Origin: a virus
Lineage: Duplodnaviria > Heunggongvirae > Uroviricota > Caudoviricetes
Virus record (IMG/VR): IMGVR_UViG_3300029288_004479
Reading direction: 5' to 3' (one strand)
DNA length: 49,292 nt
Part shown: positions 15,796 through 27,000 of the stretch, in pieces
How positions within the stretch are numbered: position 1 is the stretch's first letter
Layout of the letters: each line of letters begins with the position of its first letter
The notes under the pieces: model-generated
The model's database searches: none
What the model was told of the DNA's origin: nothing
The model's input: only the letters and a program-made list of their open reading frames with translations
Program-made: the position numbers and the translations under genes

Positions 15796-15949
15796 AATTG
15801 AAATACCAGACACGATTACTCTTCCGATACTAACATTTTCTGTATTGGGGGTTCTTGCTATTGTAGGTTTTATGTATATATTCAGGTGGTTTGTATTGAG
15901 ATCAAGAACAACGAACAGACATCAGAAAGATAGGAAAGATCCACAATGA
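15791..15949 (+). CDS. Single-TM microprotein, 52 aa (not in the ORF track)
   Basis: ATGA overlaps at both ends. MIIEIPDTITLPILTFSVLGVLAIVGFMYIFRWFVLRSRTTNRHQKDRKDPQ. Confidence 0.65.
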   Translation: MIIEIPDTITLPILTFSVLGVLAIVGFMYIFRWFVLRSRTTNRHQKDRKDPQ

Positions 15950-16140
15950 CATGGGAACAAGGAACCGATCAAACCGTCGCCAATCAATATCAGATCGCCA
16001 TCGAAACATCAGACGTATCAAGGGTTGAGGAAATGGAAAACGCAATGAAATATGCGATGTTGGCCCTTATGATCATGATACCGGCAGCGATTGCAGGAGT
16101 TATCTTCTTAGTAGGTACGGGCACGGTGAAGATAGGATGA
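15946..16140 (+). CDS. Microprotein carrying a duplicate of the C-terminal TM of 14952-15794
   Basis: The last ~33 aa are nearly identical to that C-terminus; coupled by ATGA overlaps. Confidence 0.65.
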   Translation: MTWEQGTDQTVANQYQIAIETSDVSRVEEMENAMKYAMLALMIMIPAAIAGVIFLVGTGTVKIG

Positions 16141-16141
16141 T
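16036..16141 (+). repeat. ~105-bp direct repeat, copy 2
   Basis: Near-identical to 15690-15795. Confidence 0.9.
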
Positions 16142-16301
16142 CGATCAACTCCTTAACACGGTGATTGTAATACCGTGGTGGAAATTTATGATAATCATAG
16201 TATTACTGATTATTGTGATGTTTTACGCCGTATGGATATTATGGGTAAATAAACGACAGAACGATAAAATCAAAAAACTTGAAATGGCAGCGAAAAAATG
16301 A
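16137..16301 (+). CDS. Single-TM microprotein, 54 aa (not in the ORF track)
   Basis: ATGA overlaps at both ends. MIDQLLNTVIVIPWWKFMIIIVLLIIVMFYAVWILWVNKRQNDKIKKLEMAAKK. Confidence 0.65.
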   Translation: MIDQLLNTVIVIPWWKFMIIIVLLIIVMFYAVWILWVNKRQNDKIKKLEMAAKK

Positions 16302-16573
16302 CTAGTATATTCTATCGTATAGAAGAAAACCCGTTATTATTATTAGGCTTAATTATATGGGTGGTGTGGAGCACAGGATATTTAGTCCAGACTCTTACGA
16401 TGACATACGCTGGCGAGGCAAAAGATTTTTGTGGACTTATATTAGGATTGGTTGCACTGCTTGGAATAATGATACCATATGCAGTATTGGGCCATTCATT
16501 GGGCAGGGTGAAGAGTTCAACAGAAGAAGAAACAATAATTGAGGAAGTTAAGGAAAAAGAGGAGGAAAAATGA
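16298..16573 (+). CDS. Two-TM protein with an acidic tail
   Basis: Hydropathy pattern; translationally coupled. Confidence 0.7.
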   Translation: MTSIFYRIEENPLLLLGLIIWVVWSTGYLVQTLTMTYAGEAKDFCGLILGLVALLGIMIPYAVLGHSLGRVKSSTEEETIIEEVKEKEEEK

Positions 16574-17046
16574 ATTATTATTTAGCAATTCCAACGGGTT
16601 TATTGGGAGTTATAATATATGCAGTAGTTGTGGCAGGTATAATTGCAGCATTAGGCATTTACAAATGGAAAAAGGAAAGAAAAAATGGAACAACTCTAAC
16701 AAAAACAGAATTAATCCACCAGTTCAATGAACTTATACGCCGTTCAACCACAATTTTTGTATCTTTTGTAGGATTAATGCTCATATTATTAATGGCAAAT
16801 GCGGGCGGGATTATTATTGAATCTGGTCATCCAGAGTGGGGGGTATGGATGGCAGTAGGATTAATAGTAGCAGCAATATTCACATTTATTTATTTACCTG
16901 TTATGGTATGTGTCGAATGGGGTATGTTCTTCGTGAATGTTATAACCCTCGCATGTGATAATTATGTTAAATCGAATGCACCATTGGAGCATTACACACG
17001 ATCAAAAATATGCCACGTAAAAACAGAAGAAGAGGATGATTGGTAA
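16570..17046 (+). CDS. Multi-TM membrane protein
   Basis: Three to four hydrophobic segments; GGAGG RBS. Confidence 0.75.
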   Translation: MNYYLAIPTGLLGVIIYAVVVAGIIAALGIYKWKKERKNGTTLTKTELIHQFNELIRRSTTIFVSFVGLMLILLMANAGGIIIESGHPEWGVWMAVGLIVAAIFTFIYLPVMVCVEWGMFFVNVITLACDNYVKSNAPLEHYTRSKICHVKTEEEDDW

Positions 17047-17241
17047 ATGCCGCCGCCAGATGCAAACGAAGGATCGGGATTAGGTATCGATTGGTTCAAG
17101 ATAACCGTCCAATATCTCGTACCGGGAATGCTGATACTTGCCATACTGGGAGTCATCATATACCAATACGGATCAACCGATACGGGCGGGAACAGCATAT
17201 TCTATGATGTTGGAAGTATAATGTTCAACTTCGGTGGTTAA
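17047..17241 (+). CDS. Single-TM microprotein, 64 aa
   Basis: Adjacent to the upstream stop; central TM. Confidence 0.6.
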   Translation: MPPPDANEGSGLGIDWFKITVQYLVPGMLILAILGVIIYQYGSTDTGGNSIFYDVGSIMFNFGG

Positions 17242-17267
17242 TGCCGTAAAAACATGAGGTAACGGAA

Positions 17268-17591
17268 ATGTATGAGGAGGTTCTGGATTATCTCGAACAA
17301 AAAGAAGGGCAACTCTCGAAAACAATTTTTATTATTTTCGGAGTAATGATAGCATCGCTGCTGTTCTCACTTTATATTAATAATGAGTTTGCCACAGTAG
17401 TATCAGCAATACAAGATCCAGAAGGAACCAAACCAGATATCGTAGAAGATCCAGCATATATATTATTTGTAATTTGTTTGATAACTGAATTAATAGCAGG
17501 CGGGGTATGGTTTGGTATTACAATTATTATACGGGGTATACGGATATTGGAACGTAACGCTCATGGAACGCCGATACAGTGGTGGGGGTAA
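17268..17591 (+). CDS. Two-TM protein, paralog family B (copy 1)
   Basis: MYEEVLDYLEQKE N-terminus, two TMs and a GIR.LE.N C-terminal motif. Confidence 0.75.
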   Translation: MYEEVLDYLEQKEGQLSKTIFIIFGVMIASLLFSLYINNEFATVVSAIQDPEGTKPDIVEDPAYILFVICLITELIAGGVWFGITIIIRGIRILERNAHGTPIQWWG

Positions 17592-17596
17592 TAGGA

Positions 17597-17953
17597 ATGT
17601 ATGAAGATTTAATGGATGATTTAGATCAAAAAGATCATTTCTTGAATAGGTATATTACAGTGCTTGCATTAATCACAATACCGCTTGTTATTACACTGTT
17701 TGGTATTTCTTATACACAAGAACATTTACCCTCATTTGATATTAATTCAATTCTCCAACATAAACTTGAAAAGAATGTATCGGCCTATGAAGAACCATTT
17801 AAAACAATATATTATACCGCCATAGTTATGTTATGTGCGGTTTTTGTTCTTTTATGTATTATACTCGGGATATCTACAAGTATACTCATAACACGATGGG
17901 GAATAAGAAAAATTCAGAGAAATATGAATAGACCAATCCAACAGTATGGATAA
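17597..17953 (+). CDS. Two-TM protein, family B (copy 2); start moved to ATG 17597
   Basis: MYEDLMDDLDQKD N-terminus; WGIRKIQRN...PIQQ parallels copy 1. Confidence 0.75.
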   Translation: MYEDLMDDLDQKDHFLNRYITVLALITIPLVITLFGISYTQEHLPSFDINSILQHKLEKNVSAYEEPFKTIYYTAIVMLCAVFVLLCIILGISTSILITRWGIRKIQRNMNRPIQQYG

Positions 17954-17998
17954 GGAGAACCCAAATGCCAGAATATACCAAAAACGGAGATAAATAAA

Positions 17999-18310
17999 AT
18001 GAAATATACAGCAGAAACCGCTATAAAAACGTATGAGGAGAAGTTGAATAAACTCGAAACACAATATTTTCAACTCTCATGGGGATTTATATTAGGAGCA
18101 ATAGCCATTGTAACATATCAATTAACAATATCCGGGATACACCCGTTTAGTGCAATAATATCAAAAGATGTGCCATCAGAACTCGTCACCGCACTCACGG
18201 GGATAGGGTTAGTCCTGATGGTAATTGGGATATTTATGTTGGGTATGGCATTAATGTCGAGATTAAACCTCGATTATTTAAAAGAACTGCAATCTAACGT
18301 GAAGGAGTGA
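17999..18310 (+). CDS. Two-TM protein, family B-like (copy 3)
   Basis: YEEKLNKLETQ followed by two TMs. Confidence 0.7.
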   Translation: MKYTAETAIKTYEEKLNKLETQYFQLSWGFILGAIAIVTYQLTISGIHPFSAIISKDVPSELVTALTGIGLVLMVIGIFMLGMALMSRLNLDYLKELQSNVKE

Positions 18311-18314
18311 AAAA

Positions 18315-18938
18315 ATGGCAGAACCCGGTGGCAACGCATTTTCAGCAGGGGGAGTTAATCCCGCAGCAGCGAGCAGAGAAGAGTTACGCCAGCAACCAAT
18401 TGATATTAAAAATATGTTGCCCGTCTATATTTTTATGGGTATGGAATATGCCAGTTTTATTGAAAGCAATTTACCGTTCGGGCAAACTCCTCAACGACGG
18501 CACATCGTAGATTTCCACAGAACGTTCTGGCATATCTACAATTATGTCAAGAACTCGGTCGATATGGACAAACTCAATCCCGATCTTGTCGATAAAATTG
18601 ACGATTGGTTTGAACTATTTAAAACCCAGAACCACCGCACGGATTTAATTGAGGCAGGAGTCCAGTTATTCCTTGCGCTGGTAAAAAACATGCAGGAGTG
18701 GGGTATTGGGCAACTGTTTGAGAAAGGTATTGATCCGCCATTCCAGACAGAAGATGTAGATGACCTTGAAATGTTAATTGAGGATTTAGAAGAAGAAGTT
18801 GTTGCAGACAATCTCGAAGATTATGAAAAACAAATCGAAGAACAAAATGCAGATGTTCCTGTGCAAGAAATAATGCCATTACAGGAAGGAGAACAAGATT
18901 ATGCAACAGAGGTTAATCAGAATGGAGATAATAACTAA
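18315..18938 (+). CDS. Hypothetical protein with an acidic C-terminal tail, 207 aa
   Basis: RBS GGAGTGA; long ORF. Confidence 0.8.
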   Translation: MAEPGGNAFSAGGVNPAAASREELRQQPIDIKNMLPVYIFMGMEYASFIESNLPFGQTPQRRHIVDFHRTFWHIYNYVKNSVDMDKLNPDLVDKIDDWFELFKTQNHRTDLIEAGVQLFLALVKNMQEWGIGQLFEKGIDPPFQTEDVDDLEMLIEDLEEEVVADNLEDYEKQIEEQNADVPVQEIMPLQEGEQDYATEVNQNGDNN

Positions 18939-19189
18939 TGACAGACACAACAGGTAGGGTAAAAGTAAGCACATTAATTGTAGCAACGATTCCAGCATAC
19001 ATTATAATAGCATCAGCATTAACGTGGTTTTCTGCTGGAAAAATAGATCCGATCTCAATATTGGGAATTCATGTGGCTATATTCTTCGGACTATATTTTA
19101 CAATTGGTGTTGGAATTAATCTCGGGAAACGGGTAGAAAAAGGCGACGACCGATTTATTGTTAAATGTAATGAGGTAAAAAAATGTTAG
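18938..19189 (+). CDS. Two-TM microprotein
   Basis: Hydropathy pattern; TAATG coupling. Confidence 0.7.
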   Translation: MTDTTGRVKVSTLIVATIPAYIIIASALTWFSAGKIDPISILGIHVAIFFGLYFTIGVGINLGKRVEKGDDRFIVKCNEVKKC

Positions 19190-19416
19190 ATTCGGGCAAA
19201 GAAATAAATGTATTTGCTGGGATGGGGATAGGTTTTGCCATTATTTGTTTGATAATAAAAATACTTTATTATCCGGCAGAACCAGTCTCACTCTCAATCG
19301 TTATGACGGCAATGATAGTATCAATCGGACTTGCAGCATATTTTGCCGGATTGTCTCTTGGGTATCATCTTGGATATGGTAAACGAGATAAAGAATGTGA
19401 TACCAGCAATGAGTGA
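19183..19416 (+). CDS. Two-TM microprotein (paralog-like to 18938)
   Basis: Ends G..LG..LG.GK like its neighbour. Confidence 0.7.
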   Translation: MLDSGKEINVFAGMGIGFAIICLIIKILYYPAEPVSLSIVMTAMIVSIGLAAYFAGLSLGYHLGYGKRDKECDTSNE

Positions 19417-19576
19417 CACAAAAGCAGTTCGGTGGAGTATAACAAGTGGTGTGATTATTGCATTTGTGGGTTTTTTTATACTAACGATATTCTGTGGGAG
19501 CGATAAATTAACCGGGTGGCAATCTGTTGTGCTCGTACTAATGTATATATCAACTACATTTATGGTATGGGTATAA
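19409..19576 (+). CDS. Two-TM microprotein, 55 aa; start moved to ATG 19409
   Basis: MSDTKAVRWSITSGVIIAFVGFF...; overlaps the upstream stop. Confidence 0.6.
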   Translation: MSDTKAVRWSITSGVIIAFVGFFILTIFCGSDKLTGWQSVVLVLMYISTTFMVWV

Positions 19577-19612
19577 CAATTGGGTTATTATTAAACAGAT
19601 GGACTAAAAAAG

Positions 19613-20128
19613 GTGAGGAAAATGTTTGAAGACCAGTTTACCGGAGAACTATCAGAAGAACAAGTATTGTTCCGTCAAATCCTGTTAATCAACGGATTAG
19701 CGACACGTATATTTGGGGATACCACTACAAACTGGCAGGTCAATGTCCGTAACTATGTAGAAACGATTAACAACTTTGAAGCTACGGCAATAAGACATAT
19801 AGATCGGGAGTACATCGAAAAGAAACGAATTATTGTTAAAAAAAGCCAGCAGGAATTACAAAGATATCGGGATGCAAACCCTAAAAGTACATCAACGAAT
19901 CAGGGAAAAGAATTTGAAATGCAATTAACCTTAAAATATGCCAGACGGGTATTTGCATTACTAATGATAACTTTGAACAATAAAGATGTATTCAACGAGA
20001 AATCATATCGTGCAATTGAAGATGTAAAAGACCACGAACTTACTGGGGGCGGGGGTATGCACGTAACGAGCGGACAGCAGCATCATGAATTACCGGGTGG
20101 CGTGAATCCACCGGGTTCACAACAATGA
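19613..20128 (+). CDS. Hypothetical helical protein upstream of the ATPase
   Basis: ORF coupled to the ATPase by an ATGA overlap. The exact start (GTG 19613 or ATG 19622) is uncertain. Confidence 0.75.
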   Translation: MRKMFEDQFTGELSEEQVLFRQILLINGLATRIFGDTTTNWQVNVRNYVETINNFEATAIRHIDREYIEKKRIIVKKSQQELQRYRDANPKSTSTNQGKEFEMQLTLKYARRVFALLMITLNNKDVFNEKSYRAIEDVKDHELTGGGGMHVTSGQQHHELPGGVNPPGSQQ

Positions 20129-21000
20129 TTCGAATTGACCCAGATATTGTAATCAGAAAGTACGTACAGAACCGTATAACTGCCAATAAAAACTGGTTAT
20201 CCGTACTCTGTGGCCCGACAGGATCAGGCAAATCATATTTTTCGTTGGCGGTTTGTGAAAAATTTTTCCCAAAATTTACTGTGGATAACATTGTATTTTC
20301 AGTTAAAGAATATCTAGATAAATTTAACGAATTAGATAAGCAACGAAGGTATGGAGACATTATTCTTTTTGATGAAGGTCACGAATATAACGCCAGACGT
20401 AGCATGGACGAAAAAAACGTTATGATGGGTGAAATATTAAGTATGATTCGGTTCACTCGTATCTCCAGTATATTTACATTACCCGATCTAAGACAAATCG
20501 ACGTAGCATTAGTAAGGTTAATGCACAACTATTGTTATACGTTTGATATAGATCGTAAAACCTGTCCACAATGGCAGAAAACACGAACAGGAGTTAAATT
20601 CTATGAAATTATGCATGAAGCAATCCCAAGAAAAGACTCTCGTGAATTACCAATGAGATACCCGGTAATGAACGTAGTCGTTCGAAACATGAGAACAGAA
20701 CAATTATATGAAAAAACCATTAAAATTAAAGAGTTGTGGTATAATGCACCAAGCGAACAATTATTAGAAGATTACGAGAAATTAAAACGCCGTCACTTTA
20801 ACCGTGCACTTGCAATGTCAAGAGCAAAATTACAGGCAGTAGATATGAAACAAAGAAACAAACTCAGTGCCACCGGGATAAATCCGGATGGGGAAGACGG
20901 CACACCGCAAACACCAATCCCACAAAACCCCGCACCGGCAAATACGCCCTCTACACACCAAGAGACGCAAAACGCAATTAATAGCATATTAAATTCATAA
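20125..21000 (+). CDS. P-loop ATPase, Zot-like viral morphogenesis/extrusion type
   Basis: Walker A GPTGSGKS, Walker B IILFDE, and TLPDLRQID..LVRL matching the Zot-like (Q..D..R) pattern. Confidence 0.8.
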   Translation: MIRIDPDIVIRKYVQNRITANKNWLSVLCGPTGSGKSYFSLAVCEKFFPKFTVDNIVFSVKEYLDKFNELDKQRRYGDIILFDEGHEYNARRSMDEKNVMMGEILSMIRFTRISSIFTLPDLRQIDVALVRLMHNYCYTFDIDRKTCPQWQKTRTGVKFYEIMHEAIPRKDSRELPMRYPVMNVVVRNMRTEQLYEKTIKIKELWYNAPSEQLLEDYEKLKRRHFNRALAMSRAKLQAVDMKQRNKLSATGINPDGEDGTPQTPIPQNPAPANTPSTHQETQNAINSILNS

Positions 21001-21016
21001 TTATCAATCAACAATC

Positions 21017-21025
21017 ACTTTTTTT
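21017..21025 (+). terminator. Oligo-T terminator after the ATPase operon
   Basis: CACTTTTTTTC downstream of the stop. Confidence 0.55.
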
Positions 21026-21047
21026 CAGACGTAAACTACCCGGTAAA

Positions 21048-21078
21048 TATATATAGCGGAAGTACTATTATTACTATT
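21048..21078 (+). promoter_or_regulatory. Promoter TATATATA-N17-ACTATT
   Basis: Exact spacing; RBS AGGTGAGG follows. Confidence 0.7.
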
Positions 21079-21095
21079 AAAGGTGAGGGTACTAA

Positions 21096-24000
21096 ATGCC
21101 AACGTTCGGTGGCTTTTCTTGGTCAACAATAACATCCCCAATACAAAATCTTGTATCAACAGTTACCGCACCTGCGGTATCTAAAGTTTCATCAGTAGTG
21201 TCATCTGCCGAATCTGCGGCAATTAATGCAGCTAATCAGGGAACTTCCGCCCTATCCACAACAATACCGAACGTTTTCAGTCAAGGTTCATCAGCAGCAT
21301 CGTCTGGAGTGCAAGCAGTACAGGGTATTTTAGTACAAGCGGGAGAATCAGCGGGTGCAGCAGCAGGAGCATCTGCAAGTAGTGCGTCTGAAGCTGTAAG
21401 AGAACTATTTAAATCAAAAACCACAATAACACCAACCCAAAAAGTAAAAACACCCGAGACCATCACTCCAAGCGAGTTTATCCAAAACCTTCAAAGAATT
21501 ATACCTTCTGCCGCAACAACCGCTGCAACAATAGCAGCAACACAACCCGCAGCAGCAGCAGCAAAAGCCATTCAAACGCTTCAAACACAAGGTGTTCAGG
21601 CAGGTCTTCAGGGACTTCAGGGTATTTCAGGAGGGTTACAAAGTCTCTCTGGATTAGTAAGTCAGCAAAAAATAACCCCGTCTCAAATTCAACCGCGTCA
21701 ATTTATTCCACCAACTCCTCAAATAATTATTCCGAAAGAACTAGAATCTGGAATATCGAAAATAAGTAGCACCGCAAAAGAACTAGGGCAAACCGGACTA
21801 TCAGCATTATCTTCAGGTGTTGCAGGAATATCCTCAGGTTTAAGTGGCGGTATAACCCCGGGTTTAATGCCGGGTATTAAAGGAATAACCCCCCAAGAAA
21901 AAAAGACATTTATAATTGATGGTGGCCCGGTTATGGCACCATTAAAACAACGCGCAAGAGATTTCAACCCGAAAGATTATTATTATGATCCTAAATCAAA
22001 CGTGTACATTCGTTCAGACAGGGGAGATATAGTATCAGTACAAGAAATGCGGGCAAAACTTAGTTTACCGCCTATAGCGTATTTCCCTCAAACCCCTTCT
22101 CAAGTAAGCGCAGGAGGCGTTTTTGTATCTGGAGAACAAACACTGGCAGCACAAAAAAAGTATCTTGAAAGTAAAGGTAAAGAAGTATCTGAATATAAAG
22201 CGCAGAGTCCACTAACAACCTTATTAGAAAGTGCCCTTCAGGGGAGGTTACCAACAGAAAAAGAATTAATTGCGCCGTCATCACCCGTCAGGATGATAAT
22301 CGGAGGATACGAACCGTCAACCGAAACTCCGAAAACCGTAGAACAGATGTTGCAGAGGCAAACGAGGGGCGGAACAGAAGGGTTACTCGACACTCTGTCT
22401 GTCATACCTGCTACAAGTATAGAGCGCAGTGTTGTTTCCGGTCTTGAAAAAGGTGCATTGCCAACTATAGAAAGAACTGCCGGGAAACTTGCATATGATG
22501 TTAAGGAAATCGTAGGTACAGGCGCAGCAAAAACGGGATTCCCACAGTACGCCATATCTGTAACAGAAAAAACAACGCCGGTTGCAGAAAAAGTTAGTAA
22601 AGCACTTAGTTATGATGTCAGTCAGATAACGGGAACCGTTGCTGGAAAAGTAGGATTCCCGAAATATGCCGTATCTGTGATGGAAAAAACAACTGCACCT
22701 GTGGAATCGGTTGCAAGAAAAGTGACATTTGACGTTGGTGAATTATTTAGTGGAAAAATTGCCCCAATAATCCCGCAAAAAGCAGAGAGATTAATTCCAA
22801 CTTTAGAGAAAATACAAGCTCCAACAGCAAAAATTATTGAAAGAGGTATTACAGCAGACAGGGAAAAATTAGCAAGAGTTGGTGTGACTGGTGCAGGAGC
22901 AATCGCAGCAGGTTCAACCGTTATGGGAGAAGGAACCGGGGGAGTCGGATTCATTCACCCGGAAAGCATTACAGAAACCGTACCGCTATCAAATAAATAT
23001 CAATTAGCTGAAAGAGGGCTTCCCCCAGCAAAAGATTTTGAGACAGGCACATTTATTGGAAAAGGAGGACTCCCATTATATTCTCCGGTTCCGGGAAGTG
23101 CAACCGAACGGTTTGCATTTGATGAGTATGGTAAAGTTTTGGGGTATGGCGGGAAATTTGAACCAGCGTTAAGTTCACAAGGCATCCCCCATAATACAAA
23201 GATGGGTAATGGGGAATATGTTTACGTAGGAGAGTATCAAAAACCAGATGGAGAGATAGTATCTCGTTATATTAATTATGATGTCGGATCATATGTGGAT
23301 TTTAATGTTGAAGGAGTTTATACAGCAAAGCGAGTGGGTATTGAAGGTGGTGGTTCACCGGGAGCAATTGCAGACATTCAACGACCAGTTCTCGGAGCAG
23401 AAACGATTACAACAACAACAATCACAAAGGAACAAAAACAACCAACAGGCAGTCCATTTAAGGCAGCAGTATCTGCATTAGGTGATATTGGGGCTTACGT
23501 GGCAAGTCCAAAATTTGCAACAGATTTATCAAAAGTTACGACCTTTGAACCGACAAAAGAGACAGCAAAAGCGAAAGCGTTCACCCCGTGGTCAGATTGG
23601 TATTTAAATAAAAACCCTGTAATTAGTGCCGTAGGAACAGGAATGGCAAAATTACAAATGGCTTCGGATAAAACAATGGGATTCGATATCGCACGTCAAG
23701 AAGATTATATGAAATCATCCCAAACAAAAAGTAATCAAGCTGCCATTGAAGCAGAGGATGCAAATCGTAATGTAATTAACTTACAGAACCAGTTAATTAC
23801 AGAAGGAAAACTTAAATACAATCCATCAGATCTTCCAGAAAATCAATTAGTCTTTACCGATAAAATGACCCAAGGAGATTATAAGAAATATAACGATTTA
23901 TCCTCTGTAGCTACAACAAAATATAATGCATATACCAAAGCAGCATCAAGCGCATTAGCCGATCAAAAAAAGTATGTGGAAATGGTTCAACCGGAACGTG

Positions 24001-27000
24001 AATCTTTTATTACCTCTGGATTATTGCCATATGAACGAGGTGCAATTGAAGCACAGGAAAAACTAAAAGAATCTGCATATGTAAAAGCGGAAGAACTTGG
24101 CGCATCCCCATTAATTCCAAAATCAGTACAACCTTACACAAAAGCAGGGTTAGAAGCAGGTGTGGGTTTTGTATCAGTACTGCCGTATTTAACAGAAGTT
24201 GGTATGGCAGCGACACAAATTGTCCCACTTGCCCCCTCAAACATTGAGTTAGCTATAAGAAAACCCGGATATTATGCAGCAGTAATCCCAGCAGCATTAG
24301 TTGCAACCGGAGCTGGTCTTACAGAACAAGTTAAAAAATTAGCTGCACCTGTTACTGGGGAAGAAGTAGATAGATATTGGGGGACTGTAGGTGAGGCCGG
24401 TGGTTTAGTTTTAGGAAGACGCCCTGCTGAAAAAGGGGTAACTACATTGAAACTAATATCACCGATCAAAGTTGAAGAATCGTTTTTACCAACAGGAAGG
24501 GGTATTGAAATAAAAAGTACTCCATTAGGTCGTCCCGGGGAAATCGGTGGGAGCATTGTAAGTAAAATTCCTGTTGTAAGATCAGTGTTTAAGGAAGGGA
24601 TTAAGGAATTAACCACAGCCGAACGAAAACCCGAAACAGTATCATATACGGGGTTATATTACGAATCCCCAATTGTAGGTATCCAAAAAGCGATTGGATT
24701 GAAACCAGAAGGATATGTGGCTCCCGGTGGATTAAAACCAATAGTTGGGTATGTGAGGCCAACAGAAGGGGCATCATGGTTCCTTAGGCCAAAAACAGAA
24801 ATACTTGCAGAACCCGGTAAAAAACCAATGGCTCTGGGTGAGTACACTCCAAGATTAACTCTTGAAAGAGAGGGTGCTTTGTACAAACCGAAAGAAGGAG
24901 CATTACCTACATTTGAAAAAACATCTCCAGTTACAGCAGGTATTATATCAGAATCTCCAGCATTAGCAAAAGCCGCGAAAGATATTTCCGCTGCAAGGAG
25001 CATAATATCTCCAAAAGGCAAATTAATAACCGGGACACCATATGAACTTACGCAATATGTGGAAAAAGAAGGATTTGTTCCGGATTTTGCAAGTATGTAT
25101 GTTGCAACGCCATTAATGCACGAGTTATTTAAAAAAGTTGGAGTAAAAGAAGCTGAAAATATCTATACAGCGCAAATGAAACAATTTAAAAACATATGGC
25201 AGATGTCATCAAAACCAGAGATCGTTAGAAACCCATATCAGGTATTAGAAAAAACCGCTGTCATTCCAAAACAGAAAGTAATTGGGGGAGTGGTATACCC
25301 ATCACGAATCCCCGAAGGAGCCGTAAGTGATTGGAGCGGCCTCCCAATCCCAAAAAATGCAAAGATCGGAGAAGCTTTCCATCACACAGCATATCCGGAT
25401 AAAGGCGTTTGGTTAACTCCGGAAGAACATACAAACTGGCATAATATGTTAGAAGGAAAATATCCGGTAGATCCGATATTCTTTAAAAAATATGCAATAA
25501 CTATACCAAAAACAGAACCCTTCGTAGAAAAACTTACAACAGCCGAACGCAAAAATACAATTGATGACTTTGTATCGATCTTAAAGAAGTACAAAGATCT
25601 TACAATTGGTGGTTCATTGACCGAATACGTTCAGGCAAAAAAAGCCAGATTACCAAAAGACTTTGATGGATATACGGAAAACCATCAGGCATTAGCAACA
25701 GAATTAGGGATGTATTATAAGAAACACTATGGAAATGAAAATGTAAAAATAAACTTAAAGAGCGAAGGATCGTCAATTGATGTAAATATTGATGGCAAAT
25801 GGGAAAAAATGGTCGATCTGCATCACAAAGGGTTTGGTGGGCAAGTAGGGACTATTGGAAGATATGGAGTGAAAACCGAAGCACCGATCACTGTAGAAGG
25901 ACTTAATTTTATGCCATTGAGGGAGCAGAGATTAAGAAAGCTTACTGCAACAATGGCGGTTCAAAAAACACCGGAAGGTAAGTTTTTCCCGAGTGCAATG
26001 GATACACGCCGTTTCAAAGATATCGGAGATGTATTGGGTAGTTCTACATCAATGGAAGCGACAGCGATCCAAGATATTTTCGGTAAACGTAAAGCAGCAG
26101 GTCTAGCAGAGACAAGAACAACACTTGAAAAAATGATTGGGGAAGAATACCCAATAACAGCAGAACAAAAACAAACCGCAAGAAAACGATTTGAAGCATT
26201 CGAACCTGTAGAACCAATGGGAACCTATTGGAGAACTCCATTAACAAGACGTTACGTAACCCCAGATATAATCCCAAGGGTTGTAGCGAAAGGAGCAGCG
26301 GTTGCAGGTACGGCAGCAGCGGCAGTTGGGGGTGCTGCAATAGCATCGGGTGTTATTTTACCCGCATTATCTGGTGCGGGATATACGCCATCTGAAAGAG
26401 AAAAGGAATTGGCTCGTATGGGTATATCCGGGGTGGCAATTGCCGGATTAACAAGGACTGAAGAGTTTGGTACAAGAAGAGGAATCCGCGAACTATCAAA
26501 GACCCTGAATAGGAGAGAAATTAACACCGCTGTTAAAAAAGGAGATCTCGATATAATCATTAACCCATTAGAATTTGAAGGCACTCCACTCACACCAATT
26601 GAATTAAGTAAAGTATCCCCGAAAACACAGAGATATATAAGTCTACTCGAACGAAATATTATAAAACAAGGTACTGAAATATCAGAGGATTTAAAACAAA
26701 ACCCAAGATTTACACAAAAACAAGTTACAGATATGAAACCAGAGGGGGTCTCACAAAAACAGTGGGATCAAACATTGGATGCATTAGTCGGTCTAAAAAA
26801 CAATGCTGTCTTATCTGGGAGTAAAGTGGGAGATGTATTTCTTAAGAAAGGTGTTGGAAGAGATGTAAGTAAATCAGATAACGATATTTTTATTGATGTC
26901 TCTAAAGTAGATACACTCCAAAGAACACTTAAAAAAATATATCCGGCACCCGAATCATCAAAATTAAAAGAGGGAAATATTTTTATTGCAGCAAGCGATC

